DNA from: a virus
DNA: 64,000 bases
Virus record (IMG/VR): IMGVR_UViG_3300035666_000002
Strand: one strand, 5' to 3'
Position numbers and translations under genes: made by a program. Below, one piece after another: positions 45,447-55,128 of this stretch (position 1 is the first letter of the stretch; every line of letters starts with the position of its first letter). Below the pieces are notes generated by a model, which ran no database searches, was not told where the DNA came from, and saw nothing but the letters and a program-made list of their open reading frames with translations.

Positions 45447-46902
45447 GTTTTAACTCGATGTTATAGAACTTATAATTAAACTTCTCTTCATCATATATTT
45501 TAACTCTTTCTATAAAATGATTCAAGGTAAAATTCGTATGTTTACCTACTCTTAAATCATCCGCAATGTCAAATAAAGTTGCAACTTCTTTGTTATCTCC
45601 TTTTCTGAGACCTCTTCCTATTGATTGAAGGTTTCTGATTCTGGATTTTGAAGGTGAAGCAAAAATAACATTGTGGAGATTTCGAATGTTAATTCCGGTA
45701 CTAAACGTTCCGTAAGAAGCAATGATGATTGCATCATTTTGTTTTTCAGTAATTGCTCTTATGGATTCGCGAGTATCGACTTCCGTTCCTCCGTAGATGA
45801 AGAAAACTTTTCTATCTTTAGCTTCTGTTTCGACAATACTAAACAGTTGTTTTCCTTGCTTCTCAACAAACTGAAACAGAACTAATGAATTACCTTGAAG
45901 AGATAAAACAAGATTCTTAATGAAGTTGTTTCTGTGAGCATTCATTACTATGTATTCTATCTCTTTTTGATAGTCCCACTTTCTGCTTTGTTGACAAATA
46001 TCTTCTGGATATTTCAATATCAAACATTTAATTTTAAAATCAGATAAAACTTTATTGTCGATCAATTCTTTTGTTGTCGTTACTTTGAAAGTTGGACCAA
46101 ACAAACCTTCTAGAACAAGCTTGTGCGTTTTAGTTCCATCAAGAGTTCCTGTGCAACCAATTCTATACCTTGCGTTTAGAAGTCCGGTCATGATTGTTGC
46201 TAGTGATTTCGCTTTAAATTGATGTGCTTCATCACCCAAAACAAAATCAAATTGTTCGAAGTAAGATTTGTCCAGATTGTAAATAGACTGCCAAGTTGTA
46301 ATTGTTAGAAATTTGTTTGTGTGTTTTTCTTTTCCGGAATATTGACGATGACAAAATGATTCGACATCGTATCCATAGGATTTAAAATCAGTATACATTT
46401 GTTCCACTAGAGATGTTGTAGGAACAATTAGTAGACCTTTATTGCATTGCTGCTGAATGTATCGTACAATCAGATATTGTATGAATGATTTACCAGATGC
46501 GGTTGGTGATAAAAGTAATATTCTTCTACTTCTTATTGCTTGAACAAAAGCGACCTTCTGATAATCTTTTGGCTGAAAAGGTATGTTTAGAGTTGATATA
46601 AACTCTTCTGCTTCTTTTAATGAAAAATTTTCTTCTAACTCAACATTCTTATCAAACGTGACACTATATTTTCTATCAGAGCAGAATTTTTTGATGTATG
46701 GAACTAATCCATAATAAATTTGATTAGTTTTTAAATCAAATAAACGTATTTTTCCGTCCCACAATTTATTTCTATAAGCAGGAACAAATTGATAACCTGG
46801 GACTTGAAACGTGAAGTAGTCTGAGATTTCTTGGCTCGTACTACGTTCACATTCTAATTTGATGAAAGCTTCATTTACTTTCGTTACAGTAACATCATAC
46901 AC
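45439..46902 (-). CDS. uvsW: SF2 DNA helicase UvsW
   Basis: WDGKIRL, PTASGKS, DEAH, TGT and QSIGRGLR. Confidence 0.96.
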   Translation of the reverse strand: MYDVTVTKVNEAFIKLECERSTSQEISDYFTFQVPGYQFVPAYRNKLWDGKIRLFDLKTNQIYYGLVPYIKKFCSDRKYSVTFDKNVELEENFSLKEAEEFISTLNIPFQPKDYQKVAFVQAIRSRRILLLSPTASGKSFIQYLIVRYIQQQCNKGLLIVPTTSLVEQMYTDFKSYGYDVESFCHRQYSGKEKHTNKFLTITTWQSIYNLDKSYFEQFDFVLGDEAHQFKAKSLATIMTGLLNARYRIGCTGTLDGTKTHKLVLEGLFGPTFKVTTTKELIDNKVLSDFKIKCLILKYPEDICQQSRKWDYQKEIEYIVMNAHRNNFIKNLVLSLQGNSLVLFQFVEKQGKQLFSIVETEAKDRKVFFIYGGTEVDTRESIRAITEKQNDAIIIASYGTFSTGINIRNLHNVIFASPSKSRIRNLQSIGRGLRKGDNKEVATLFDIADDLRVGKHTNFTLNHFIERVKIYDEEKFNYKFYNIELKHG

Positions 46903-47329
46903 CTTGAATAAATCTTTCCCATTCTATAAATGATCTAAGTTGAAATGTCCTACTATGTAGTTCTTTCAGGATCATCTCACAGCAACTAACGATCTCGTCA
47001 TGTAATGTTTTGTTTGCAATACATTTTTGAATATCGACATCACCTTCAAGATAAGTTGATATGTCACTTTTCAAGACAAATGGAAATTGATCCCATCCGA
47101 ACTTTTTCAAGTCCTCATGGCTCATTTTACCTGAATAGTATTCCCACTTTGTTCTCTTCATTTGATTGTATTTAAACTCCGCTTCTTTCGACAAAAGTTT
47201 GTGTCTCGAAAGAATGTTTAGATATTTGCTATGAAGTTTGGGAATATCAAGAAGTGCTTTACCAGGTTCGGTTCTATCAATTTGACTGTCTTTTTCCCAC
47301 TCAGACATCAATTCATCAAGTTTAGACAT
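46895..47329 (-). CDS. uvsY: Recombination mediator UvsY
   Basis: IPKLHSKYL, YYSGK and IEW..F..G. Confidence 0.9.
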   Translation of the reverse strand: MSKLDELMSEWEKDSQIDRTEPGKALLDIPKLHSKYLNILSRHKLLSKEAEFKYNQMKRTKWEYYSGKMSHEDLKKFGWDQFPFVLKSDISTYLEGDVDIQKCIANKTLHDEIVSCCEMILKELHSRTFQLRSFIEWERFIQGV

Positions 47330-47359
47330 AATAATCCTCCTAGACGGAGTATATACTAA

Positions 47360-47896
47360 TCAAAAAAGTTTTTCAATATTAAAATAGGTATATCTGAATG
47401 ATGCGTCTGCGGTGATAACACTTTCTGGTGTGTCTTGGGTAGACAACATGAAAGATGATAGTGATGTTGGGAAAACGTTGTAAAACTTAAAACGATAGTA
47501 TGGAGTAAACGACGAAGAATATATCGTTAAAGTTGCATCTGAAAATTGAGGTGTAACTGGATTACTAAACTTGGAAAGTTTATCTAAGTTGGCATACTCT
47601 TCAAAGTTTTCTGGAAAAGTCATACCTCGAATCCAATCATGAATTTCTACCCACGAACGCATTTCTTCATCCATCGCAAAGGTAACATTCAGAATATCAT
47701 AGATTGCTTTTTCACCTGGAGAGTACATTTCAACAAAAGGTGTGGCAATAGGTATTTCACCTAATGATAAACCAGGAACACTCACCATTTGACAAAAGAA
47801 TTCCATATTAGGAATCCTTTTAAATGACAAATGAAACTTATTAGGGTGTAAAAAGTTTTGATTTGTTGGTGTTGTAGATAGTGCGGTATTAGCCAT
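47360..47896 (-). CDS. gp3: Tail completion/tube terminator gp3-like
   Basis: F.CQ.V..PG, DE....W.EI.DW, SDATL and FP..LS. Confidence 0.85.
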   Translation of the reverse strand: MANTALSTTPTNQNFLHPNKFHLSFKRIPNMEFFCQMVSVPGLSLGEIPIATPFVEMYSPGEKAIYDILNVTFAMDEEMRSWVEIHDWIRGMTFPENFEEYANLDKLSKFSNPVTPQFSDATLTIYSSSFTPYYRFKFYNVFPTSLSSFMLSTQDTPESVITADASFRYTYFNIEKLF

Positions 47897-47920
47897 ATTT
47901 TATATAGTTTGATATATCTT

Positions 47921-47928
47921 TATTTATG
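47921..47928 (-). promoter_or_regulatory. T4-type late promoter (CATAAATA)
   Basis: Upstream of the gp3-like gene, just after the gp23 terminator. Confidence 0.6.
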
Positions 47929-47931
47929 TAT

Positions 47932-47964
47932 AAAAAAAGAGGAGAATCTTTCGACTCTCCTCTT
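47932..47964 (-). terminator. Rho-independent terminator after gp23
   Basis: AAGAGGAGAGTC-GAAA-GATTCTCCTCTT followed by a T-run. Confidence 0.9.
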
Positions 47965-48006
47965 AAAGGGCAGAACCCTAACTTCTATCTCTCTAAGGAG
48001 ATTTAA

Positions 48007-49353
48007 TTACATAAGATTTGCGATCTTGAATGCTCTGTAGTAGTTGTTGCTTGTTACAGTAAGAGCACCGTTGCCTTGTGTAGTACCTTCAGCAAATGGG
48101 TTAGCAACTAGACCATAACGTGTCTTAAAGCCGATCTTTGGCTGGAAGGTGTTAGTGTCAACAGCGCGAACCATTTGTAGAGGAACGTATGGGCAGTAGA
48201 AAAGACCTGCGTCATAAGCATTCGAACCTTTGAAGCCGATGACTGCAAACTCAGATGTTGAACCTGTTGGGAAGTATGGGTCGATGTAGACCTTGATACG
48301 ACCGAAGAGAGTACCAGCAAATGTGTTGCCTGTATCATCAACTGTTAGGCTAACTTGCCCACCAAGAGCAGAGTTGTAATCAAGAATACCAGCCATTGCA
48401 AGAGCCGATGCTACGTCTGACGAGCAGATCATAACATTACCTTTACCACGACGAGTCAACTTAGCGATTTGATTAGCTTCACGCTCGATTTGGAATGCAA
48501 GACCTTTAACTTTCTCAACCATCCAACGACCATTTGAATCTGTGTCTAGGTCGAATGTACCAACAGTTGTTGTACCAACTTTACATCCAACTTTTGCAAC
48601 AGTGTAAATGGTGCGAAGAACTTCACGATTGATCTCAGCAAGAATTTCTGAAGAAAGAATATTGCTGAGTTCTGTTTCTGCGTCAAGACCGTGAACTGCT
48701 TTAAGGTCTTGTGCAAGTTCCATCGAATACTCTGCTTTAAGAGCGCGTGTCTTAGCAGTAACGGTAACTTTTTCAATGCTGAAACCCATCTCGTTAGGTG
48801 TCAAACCTTCAGCAACAGCAGTGGCCATGGCACCAACGGTGTTAGCATCAAACACGCCGTATGGGCGATCCGATGTTGAAGCCTTCATTGCAAGAGATTG
48901 CTGACCAGAAGCAGATGCAGCACCAGAATGTGCAGTATTAGCTTCATTGTAGAAAGCTTCTTGACCGAATACACTGGCTGTAGCAGTACGGTCTGTGCCG
49001 TATGTAGTACGCATTGCGAAGATCATGCCTGTAGGACCAGTCATAGGCTGAACACCGCAAACGTCATAAGCGATAAGGTTAGGAAGCGAACGACGAACCA
49101 AGCTGATAAGGATTGGGTCGAAACCGGCAACAGGACCTGCATTCTGAGCATCAGCACCACCGAAACCGCCTGTACCAGCAGAGTTGGTTGGAGCAGCTTC
49201 AGTAATAACGCCTGCTTCTTTTGCCATTGCTTGAATTTGGTTTTCAAGAACGACAGCGGTAACTGCGCGTTTGTAAGGATCGGTGATCTTTGGAAGATCA
49301 GCGTGTTCTAGGACCGGAGCCCATTTCTTTTGAAGTTGTTCGGAAAGATACAT
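48007..49353 (-). CDS. gp23: Major capsid protein gp23
   Basis: KWAPVL, GVQPMTGPTG, ELAQDLKAVHG and QPKIGFKTRYG. Confidence 0.98.
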   Translation of the reverse strand: MYLSEQLQKKWAPVLEHADLPKITDPYKRAVTAVVLENQIQAMAKEAGVITEAAPTNSAGTGGFGGADAQNAGPVAGFDPILISLVRRSLPNLIAYDVCGVQPMTGPTGMIFAMRTTYGTDRTATASVFGQEAFYNEANTAHSGAASASGQQSLAMKASTSDRPYGVFDANTVGAMATAVAEGLTPNEMGFSIEKVTVTAKTRALKAEYSMELAQDLKAVHGLDAETELSNILSSEILAEINREVLRTIYTVAKVGCKVGTTTVGTFDLDTDSNGRWMVEKVKGLAFQIEREANQIAKLTRRGKGNVMICSSDVASALAMAGILDYNSALGGQVSLTVDDTGNTFAGTLFGRIKVYIDPYFPTGSTSEFAVIGFKGSNAYDAGLFYCPYVPLQMVRAVDTNTFQPKIGFKTRYGLVANPFAEGTTQGNGALTVTSNNYYRAFKIANLM

Positions 49354-49375
49354 CTAAATCTCCTTGTTTTTTTAA

Positions 49376-50395
49376 TTAAATTCTTGTTGTTTTTGAGATT
49401 GACTGAACGATAGAATTCATGAAAGAGTCGGTAACGACTGCTTTCTGACCGTCTTCTACTTGTTCGTTAAGTTGATTTTCATCGGCTTTCTTTACACCTG
49501 AAGGAAAATAATTCTCGCGAATTGTCTCAAGTTTTGTTCTATATTCTTCCTCTGTGGAAAAATCTACACTCTCTGCGAGCGATTTAATTTTTTCAACTTG
49601 AGTTGCGGTTAAGCCTTCGCATACTTCATGTGTTACTACTTCTTTAAAAGCTTCAATGAGAGCAGCACGATACTCTACACCACGCTCAACTTCTTCGTTA
49701 AGTTTGCTTTCAAGTTCGTCAACTTTACTTGCCAATTCATCAACGAGGTCAACTTTTTCGGCAGGAACATCAATATAATGTTCTGCAAATAGGTTACGAA
49801 GACCACCAATGAAGTCTTCAGTAATTTCTGTACGAATACCTTTTTCGATTGCGATTTCGTTTTCTTCCATCCATTCTTCGACAACGTAACCAAGGTAATC
49901 ATTTACTTTGTTTGTAAGGTCTTCTTTAAGGGATTCGATTGCTTCTTCTAACATAGAAGCATACTGACCTTCAATCTCTTCTTGAATTTGTGCTACGCGA
50001 TCTTGTACGCGAGCTTCGAAAATTGTGGAAACTTTTGTTTTGAATTCTTCAGAGATTGTTGCATCATCAGAAAACAATGCATCAACATCCTCTTTCATCT
50101 TCTTTTTCCATTCCATCTTTTCGTCGATTTGTTCCTCTTCAGAAACAATCTCTTCATTTTCAACTTCTGTTTCTTCCATTTTAGCGGAAGCATCAGAAGA
50201 TTTAGTTGTAGGTGCAGTTGCAGACTTGGATGTGAAAGTCATTTTGTGCGAATTATCATCAGGCTTAGCATTTTCTGGTGTTGGTCCACCAGCTACTTGA
50301 ACTTCGCCATCTAGCTTTTGTGAAGGCATAGCATTCTTACCCTTACCAGCAGCAAGAATTTCCGCAGCAGCCTCGAAAAGTTTGTTAGTAGCCAT
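49376..50395 (-). CDS. gp22: Prohead core scaffold protein gp22
   Basis: Acidic coiled-coil, EEF..K..TIFEA, YL.YV.EEW; synteny. Confidence 0.92.
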   Translation of the reverse strand: MATNKLFEAAAEILAAGKGKNAMPSQKLDGEVQVAGGPTPENAKPDDNSHKMTFTSKSATAPTTKSSDASAKMEETEVENEEIVSEEEQIDEKMEWKKKMKEDVDALFSDDATISEEFKTKVSTIFEARVQDRVAQIQEEIEGQYASMLEEAIESLKEDLTNKVNDYLGYVVEEWMEENEIAIEKGIRTEITEDFIGGLRNLFAEHYIDVPAEKVDLVDELASKVDELESKLNEEVERGVEYRAALIEAFKEVVTHEVCEGLTATQVEKIKSLAESVDFSTEEEYRTKLETIRENYFPSGVKKADENQLNEQVEDGQKAVVTDSFMNSIVQSISKTTRI

Positions 50396-50418
50396 TAGGA
50401 ATCTCCTTTGTGTTTATT

Positions 50419-50426
50419 TATTTATA
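50419..50426 (-). promoter_or_regulatory. T4-type late promoter TATAAATA
   Basis: Exact consensus upstream of gp22. Confidence 0.8.
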
Positions 50427-50429
50427 ATT

Positions 50430-51083
50430 TTAAAGTTTTGATAAAAAGTTTTCGAAGAGGCGAATCGCCACTTGTTCAATATCTTTTCTTGAGGCTTTTT
50501 GTATAGCATGTTTGGTTCTAGCAATGTCAACTTCAACAAAACGACCCTCAACAAACAACCATTCTTTATTTTCCATAATACCATTTACGAAAGCACCTGG
50601 TGCAGAAGGATCTGCTACCACATCAGCAGCGGTAGCCAATCTAAAATCATCAGCAACAATGCTGATGCCGTCTTCACCTGGTATCAAAGAACCCATACCT
50701 CTTGAAGATACACCTAAGCTAACACCCGACTCGATGAAATTTTTTACGATGTTGCCATAAGGTGTATCGAGAACTTTTGCTTTACCGATGAATCTATTTT
50801 GATCGTCTTCAACTAAAGATTCAATCTTGATGCAAACTCTTTCTAAATTTAAATTGGGTGTGTCAGGATGACCTAACTCACCAAGAGCACGGTTTGCATC
50901 AATATATTCATTAGTGTAACGCTTAACTTCTTCTCTTAGAGTAGATATTCTATATTTTCTTCTATTTCTGTTAGCTTCTTCACCAACAAGAAATGGACCT
51001 TGAATATAAAGATTCTTTTTTCCTGATTCTGTAGTTTCGGTTAAATACTTAACCTCTTCTACGCTTTCTTTTATAAGCTTCAT
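50430..51083 (-). CDS. gp21: Prohead core protease gp21
   Basis: NRNRR.Y, ALGELGHP, GVSSRG.GS and D.VADPS. Confidence 0.96.
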   Translation of the reverse strand: MKLIKESVEEVKYLTETTESGKKNLYIQGPFLVGEEANRNRRKYRISTLREEVKRYTNEYIDANRALGELGHPDTPNLNLERVCIKIESLVEDDQNRFIGKAKVLDTPYGNIVKNFIESGVSLGVSSRGMGSLIPGEDGISIVADDFRLATAADVVADPSAPGAFVNGIMENKEWLFVEGRFVEVDIARTKHAIQKASRKDIEQVAIRLFENFLSKL

Positions 51084-51439
51084 ACGTTCTCCAAATTAGT
51101 GGAGTAGGTTGCGGTCTTTGACATTTCAATAACGATAGAACCACCAGTTGCAATCGTAACCACAACATTACCTGTGTTCGTGTTTGCAATAGAATAACCT
51201 AACTCATCAAATTTCATTTGACCTGATTGGGAAAGTGACAGCATAGGAGTAGGAGTTGCTCCTCTTCCTATGGTAATATAACCATTCGAAGACCAAAGAA
51301 TTCGTTTGATATTAGCTGCACTTACAGTTTCTAAGTCGGTATTAGAAGATAAGTTATTAAGAGTAATTGTATATGTACCAGGATCGACCGCACGAATGAT
51401 ACTGGTACCTCTTAAATTGTTAACTACTTCGTATGGCAT
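51080..51439 (-). CDS. Hypothetical head-region protein
   Basis: Beta-rich small protein upstream of gp21. Confidence 0.55.
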   Translation of the reverse strand: MPYEVVNNLRGTSIIRAVDPGTYTITLNNLSSNTDLETVSAANIKRILWSSNGYITIGRGATPTPMLSLSQSGQMKFDELGYSIANTNTGNVVVTIATGGSIVIEMSKTATYSTNLENV

Positions 51440-51440
51440 T

Positions 51441-51875
51441 TTATTTTATTCCCATTGATTTGCGGCGGCGCATAGACATTTTTCTTTTTAACAAAGTTCT
51501 ATTCAGTCTTGCTCTGCCTTTTGTTTTCCAGTATCTCTTTAATTTTCTTGCTTTTTGTATTCTTTGTGCTGCTGGTATTCTTTTAACTGTACTGCCTGAA
51601 ATTCTAAATCCTTTTACAGCAGAGCGTCTAACATTTCTCTGAACTGTTATTTGTCCTTTTGCATTTCTTCTAATGCGTCTTCTTATTCTTTGTATTCTTC
51701 CTTGTCTTACTATATTACCTTCAAGCAATTCTGAAATGTCATCTCCGTATATATCTGCCGACATTTCTCTTCTTTTTTCTTCCAATCTTTTAGAAGCAAT
51801 AGCATTCAAATGTGCAAAAATATCTTCTTTTAAAGAAGTTAATTTGTTTTCTAAAATTTTATTTACTATACTCAT
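51441..51875 (-). CDS. Arg/Lys-rich prohead core protein (gp68-like)
   Basis: Highly basic C-terminal half after LLE; lies between gp20 and gp21. Confidence 0.55.
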   Translation of the reverse strand: MSIVNKILENKLTSLKEDIFAHLNAIASKRLEEKRREMSADIYGDDISELLEGNIVRQGRIQRIRRRIRRNAKGQITVQRNVRRSAVKGFRISGSTVKRIPAAQRIQKARKLKRYWKTKGRARLNRTLLKRKMSMRRRKSMGIK

Positions 51876-52633
51876 TTAGATTTACTGAATGCAAAGTCTG
51901 CTGCTTTAGAAAAATGTGCAGGTGACTTATGAACCATATCTGCAAACTTCTTTTTATTTTCATCATTCAAAGCTTTATGCACTTGTGTAATAGCTGATGC
52001 AGTCAAATGATCTACCTTTCTTGTTTCACCTGAAGCAAATTTTACTGTTTGTGCAGATTTGCCATGAACTATCTTATGAAGAGTGTCCATGACTGCTTCT
52101 GTTTGAATCATGCCTGCCTGATCGTCAACAAAAGGAACAACAAAATCTTTATCCAATTTATCGCTATGATAAACAGCAACTTTTATATTATTTGGATATA
52201 AACGTACACCTGTTCTTTTCAAAATAAGAACATAAGGAGGTTCTTTAGTAATCGCTTCACTGATATCAAATTGTTCTTTTACTTCTTTCTTTTCATCTTT
52301 GTCGAAATGTAATCGGTGAGCTTTTACTTTTTTACCTGATTTTGAAAGTTTATAGTCAGCAGTATCAACATCCTCTTTAACTGCGGTTCTAGTTTGACGG
52401 AAAATTTGTGGATTGTTTGTAATAACATCCACCATTTTATTAAAAAGATTTTGAATGATAGCTCTATCAGCAGGAGTAAAAGAAGGTTTTTCTTCTCCCA
52501 TCTTATCCAAAATTTGATGCATTCTCTGTACTTGTGCTTTGTTACCTAAACCAGCACGAACTAAAGCATCAAACTTGCTATAGTCTTTTTTTTCTTCTTC
52601 GAGGATTTGTTTAAAATCGTCTAAAGATTTCAT
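51872..52633 (-). CDS. Putative internal-head/core protein
   Basis: MKSLDDFKQILEE start; VKE/ISE/QTE-delimited modules; head operon. Confidence 0.55.
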   Translation of the reverse strand: MKSLDDFKQILEEEKKDYSKFDALVRAGLGNKAQVQRMHQILDKMGEEKPSFTPADRAIIQNLFNKMVDVITNNPQIFRQTRTAVKEDVDTADYKLSKSGKKVKAHRLHFDKDEKKEVKEQFDISEAITKEPPYVLILKRTGVRLYPNNIKVAVYHSDKLDKDFVVPFVDDQAGMIQTEAVMDTLHKIVHGKSAQTVKFASGETRKVDHLTASAITQVHKALNDENKKKFADMVHKSPAHFSKAADFAFSKSK

Positions 52634-52830
52634 TCGGTAGTTTCGCCTTCTTCCGTTTCCACTTCTTGTTCAGGTTCTTCTTCTCGCCCATTAAAAAGTG
52701 TAGAAGCAACTTCTTGTTTTTTGGCTTCAAGTGCTTCTAGTGCGCGAGTAGAAAGCAATTCTTCAAGTGCATCTTTAGCTTCTGCTGATTGACCAGCAGC
52801 AAGCATATCTAAAAATTGTCTTGCATCCAT
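52630..52830 (-). CDS. Prohead core protein gp67-like
   Basis: Short acidic protein immediately after the portal. Confidence 0.65.
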   Translation of the reverse strand: MDARQFLDMLAAGQSAEAKDALEELLSTRALEALEAKKQEVASTLFNGREEEPEQEVETEEGETTE

Positions 52831-52839
52831 AATATCTCC

Positions 52840-54504
52840 TTATCTATTATTTAGAACTCGACTAAATCGTTTTACAACACTATCAAGTTCTGGTGTGTCC
52901 GACTCTTCATCTCCTCTTTCTGCAACATTATTTTCTGGAGGAAATTGTTCAGGTGTCACTTCTTCTTGTTGACCTTGTTGCATCATTTGATCTGGTTGAC
53001 CAGGTATCTGTGGTTCTGGTTCAGAATCAATTTCTTTTTGCATTTCTTTTATTTCATCATCATCTAAATGAAGCACATGTTTTTTAACCCACATTTGTGA
53101 AAAATAACGACCAACATACGGATCAACTAATCCTAAAAGCTGTAATCTATTTTGCCAAAGTTCAGCTTCTTTTAGCTCGGTAAAATTGTTATCTTTTTTG
53201 TATTCATAGTAGACAACATCTCTAAATTCTTTCCATTCTTCTTTAGTACAAATACCTTTTAGAACTAATTGTGTTTCTAAGGCTTCATCGAAAATTCTGG
53301 AAAATTTATTACGAATCTTTTCGATGAATTTGTTAAATTTTAATTCATCTCTAGTAACTTCTGTTGTTCTTCCCAAACCAACCAAACCACCACTCTGCGC
53401 TTCTAGTCTGGAGTAAGGAACATTCATAGACTGATACAATTTTTTCTGGAAGTAGAGAACATCATCCATTTGCCCAAGATTCTGCCCAGCAGGTAAAGTT
53501 GTAATTTCTGTACCTTTACCACCTTCTCTACGAGGCAACCAAAAATCTTCAAGCATCGAAAGATGTTTTCTGTCATCTCGAAGTTCACCGGTCTGTGCAT
53601 CGTAAACCATTTTGTTACGATACTTGACCATAATGTCGCGAATATATTGTTCAGCTTTACCTTTTGGAAGATTACCAACGTCAATGTAAAATACTCGACG
53701 TTCTGGTGCTCTGCTGATTCGATAAATGACCGTAGCATCCTCAATCATTCTTAATTGATTGAGTGGCTTGATTGCTTTGTGTAAAAATGAAATGACGAAT
53801 GTATTTTTTGCATCCATCAAACCTGAATTAATATTGATTACAGATTCGGGAGCAATTCTTAATCCTTGATTTGCTGCTGCGGTAAAAGACTGAGTGGTTG
53901 TGCCTCGATCATTATAGATATAATATTCGGCTATGGATTTAATTATTTCTGCACCAGTCTTTGGATCTCTTCCTTTTTGAACTTCACGAACTTTACGAAT
54001 CTTTCTCGGATCGATATAGCGAAGTTCTTTAATACCTTCTTTAGGATTATTCTCATTTACAATTACATGATAATAAATTCTTCCGTCAATATACCAACGT
54101 CTGAATATATCATCAGCTAAATTTGAGAAGTTTAGCATTTTTAAAATGTTGTCAAACTCTTCTCGAATTTTTTTCTTAATGGATTCTGGTTGCTTCAAAT
54201 CGTCCATAATAATTTCAACAACTCTTCCATCTTTGTCATGTGAAATTGCTTCATCGACGATTTCTGTAATTGCTTGATCACATTCCGGATGATTCGACAT
54301 CTCTCTATAACGAGTTATAAGTTCTAGTTCATTACGAACAGAACCTTCTAGGTCAATATAGGTTCCAAAATGTGCATTTTGTGTGATGGTAACTGCACCA
54401 TCGTCGAGAGAATCGGTAGGTAAAGCGAACGAGGCCTGTTCAGGAATTTCTTTCTGAACTATATCTTTTTGCCCTAATGTGAAACCAAATAGTTTTATTG
54501 CCAC
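52840..54504 (-). CDS. gp20: Portal protein gp20
   Basis: WYIDGR, YRISRAPERR.FYIDVGNLP and EDFWLPRREGG. Confidence 0.98.
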   Translation of the reverse strand: MAIKLFGFTLGQKDIVQKEIPEQASFALPTDSLDDGAVTITQNAHFGTYIDLEGSVRNELELITRYREMSNHPECDQAITEIVDEAISHDKDGRVVEIIMDDLKQPESIKKKIREEFDNILKMLNFSNLADDIFRRWYIDGRIYYHVIVNENNPKEGIKELRYIDPRKIRKVREVQKGRDPKTGAEIIKSIAEYYIYNDRGTTTQSFTAAANQGLRIAPESVININSGLMDAKNTFVISFLHKAIKPLNQLRMIEDATVIYRISRAPERRVFYIDVGNLPKGKAEQYIRDIMVKYRNKMVYDAQTGELRDDRKHLSMLEDFWLPRREGGKGTEITTLPAGQNLGQMDDVLYFQKKLYQSMNVPYSRLEAQSGGLVGLGRTTEVTRDELKFNKFIEKIRNKFSRIFDEALETQLVLKGICTKEEWKEFRDVVYYEYKKDNNFTELKEAELWQNRLQLLGLVDPYVGRYFSQMWVKKHVLHLDDDEIKEMQKEIDSEPEPQIPGQPDQMMQQGQQEEVTPEQFPPENNVAERGDEESDTPELDSVVKRFSRVLNNR

Positions 54505-54525
54505 TTATTTTCCTTTTTCATTATT

Positions 54526-54550
54526 AAAAAGGAGGAGCAATTGCTCCTCC
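54526..54550 (-). terminator. Rho-independent terminator after gp19
   Basis: Perfect palindrome GGAGGAGCAATTGCTCCTCC followed by T5. Confidence 0.85.
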
Positions 54551-54554
54551 CTTA

Positions 54555-55100
54555 TCAAACTACTGCGTCCTCTATTGATTCCCACCACTGATATGTCAAG
54601 TTGACTGAGAATTCTTCGATGGTATCGTTAGAACCCCAATCAACATCAATAGCGGAAATGTCTGTTGGAAATAAGCCAATAAATTTATATTTTTTGAGAA
54701 TGTTTCCTGCTTTCCCATACTGACGAACTTCACCATCTACGCTATAACCTAAAGCAGTTGCAGCAGCAGGATTTCTAACATTCAAACTGTGGCTATTAAT
54801 TCCATTTAGCCATCTTTCAAAAGCATTACGAATTACAAAGTCTTCATCATTGATAATTGTGACTGTCCAATCTGTGAAGGTTCTGTTACCAGCAAATTTA
54901 AGTTCGCGACCGAAGTATTGAACTGGAACAGCACCAATAGTAGAACCAGGTAACTGAGCAGTCTTACACATGAACGACATTTTTGTTTGTGCATTTCCTG
55001 GCAATGAGAAGGCTGGGAAAGGAAGCGTAACCTCAAATAGATTTGGGCGTGCTCCATCTCCCTGCATCTGAGAGCGGAATTCGTTAATGTTAAAAGCCAT
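54555..55100 (-). CDS. gp19: Tail tube protein gp19
   Basis: ARPNLFEV, GR..K.AG.RTF..WT.T..NDEDF and FP. Confidence 0.95.
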   Translation of the reverse strand: MAFNINEFRSQMQGDGARPNLFEVTLPFPAFSLPGNAQTKMSFMCKTAQLPGSTIGAVPVQYFGRELKFAGNRTFTDWTVTIINDEDFVIRNAFERWLNGINSHSLNVRNPAAATALGYSVDGEVRQYGKAGNILKKYKFIGLFPTDISAIDVDWGSNDTIEEFSVNLTYQWWESIEDAVV

Positions 55101-55128
55101 TTAATTTATCTCCTATCTCTCTTATTTA

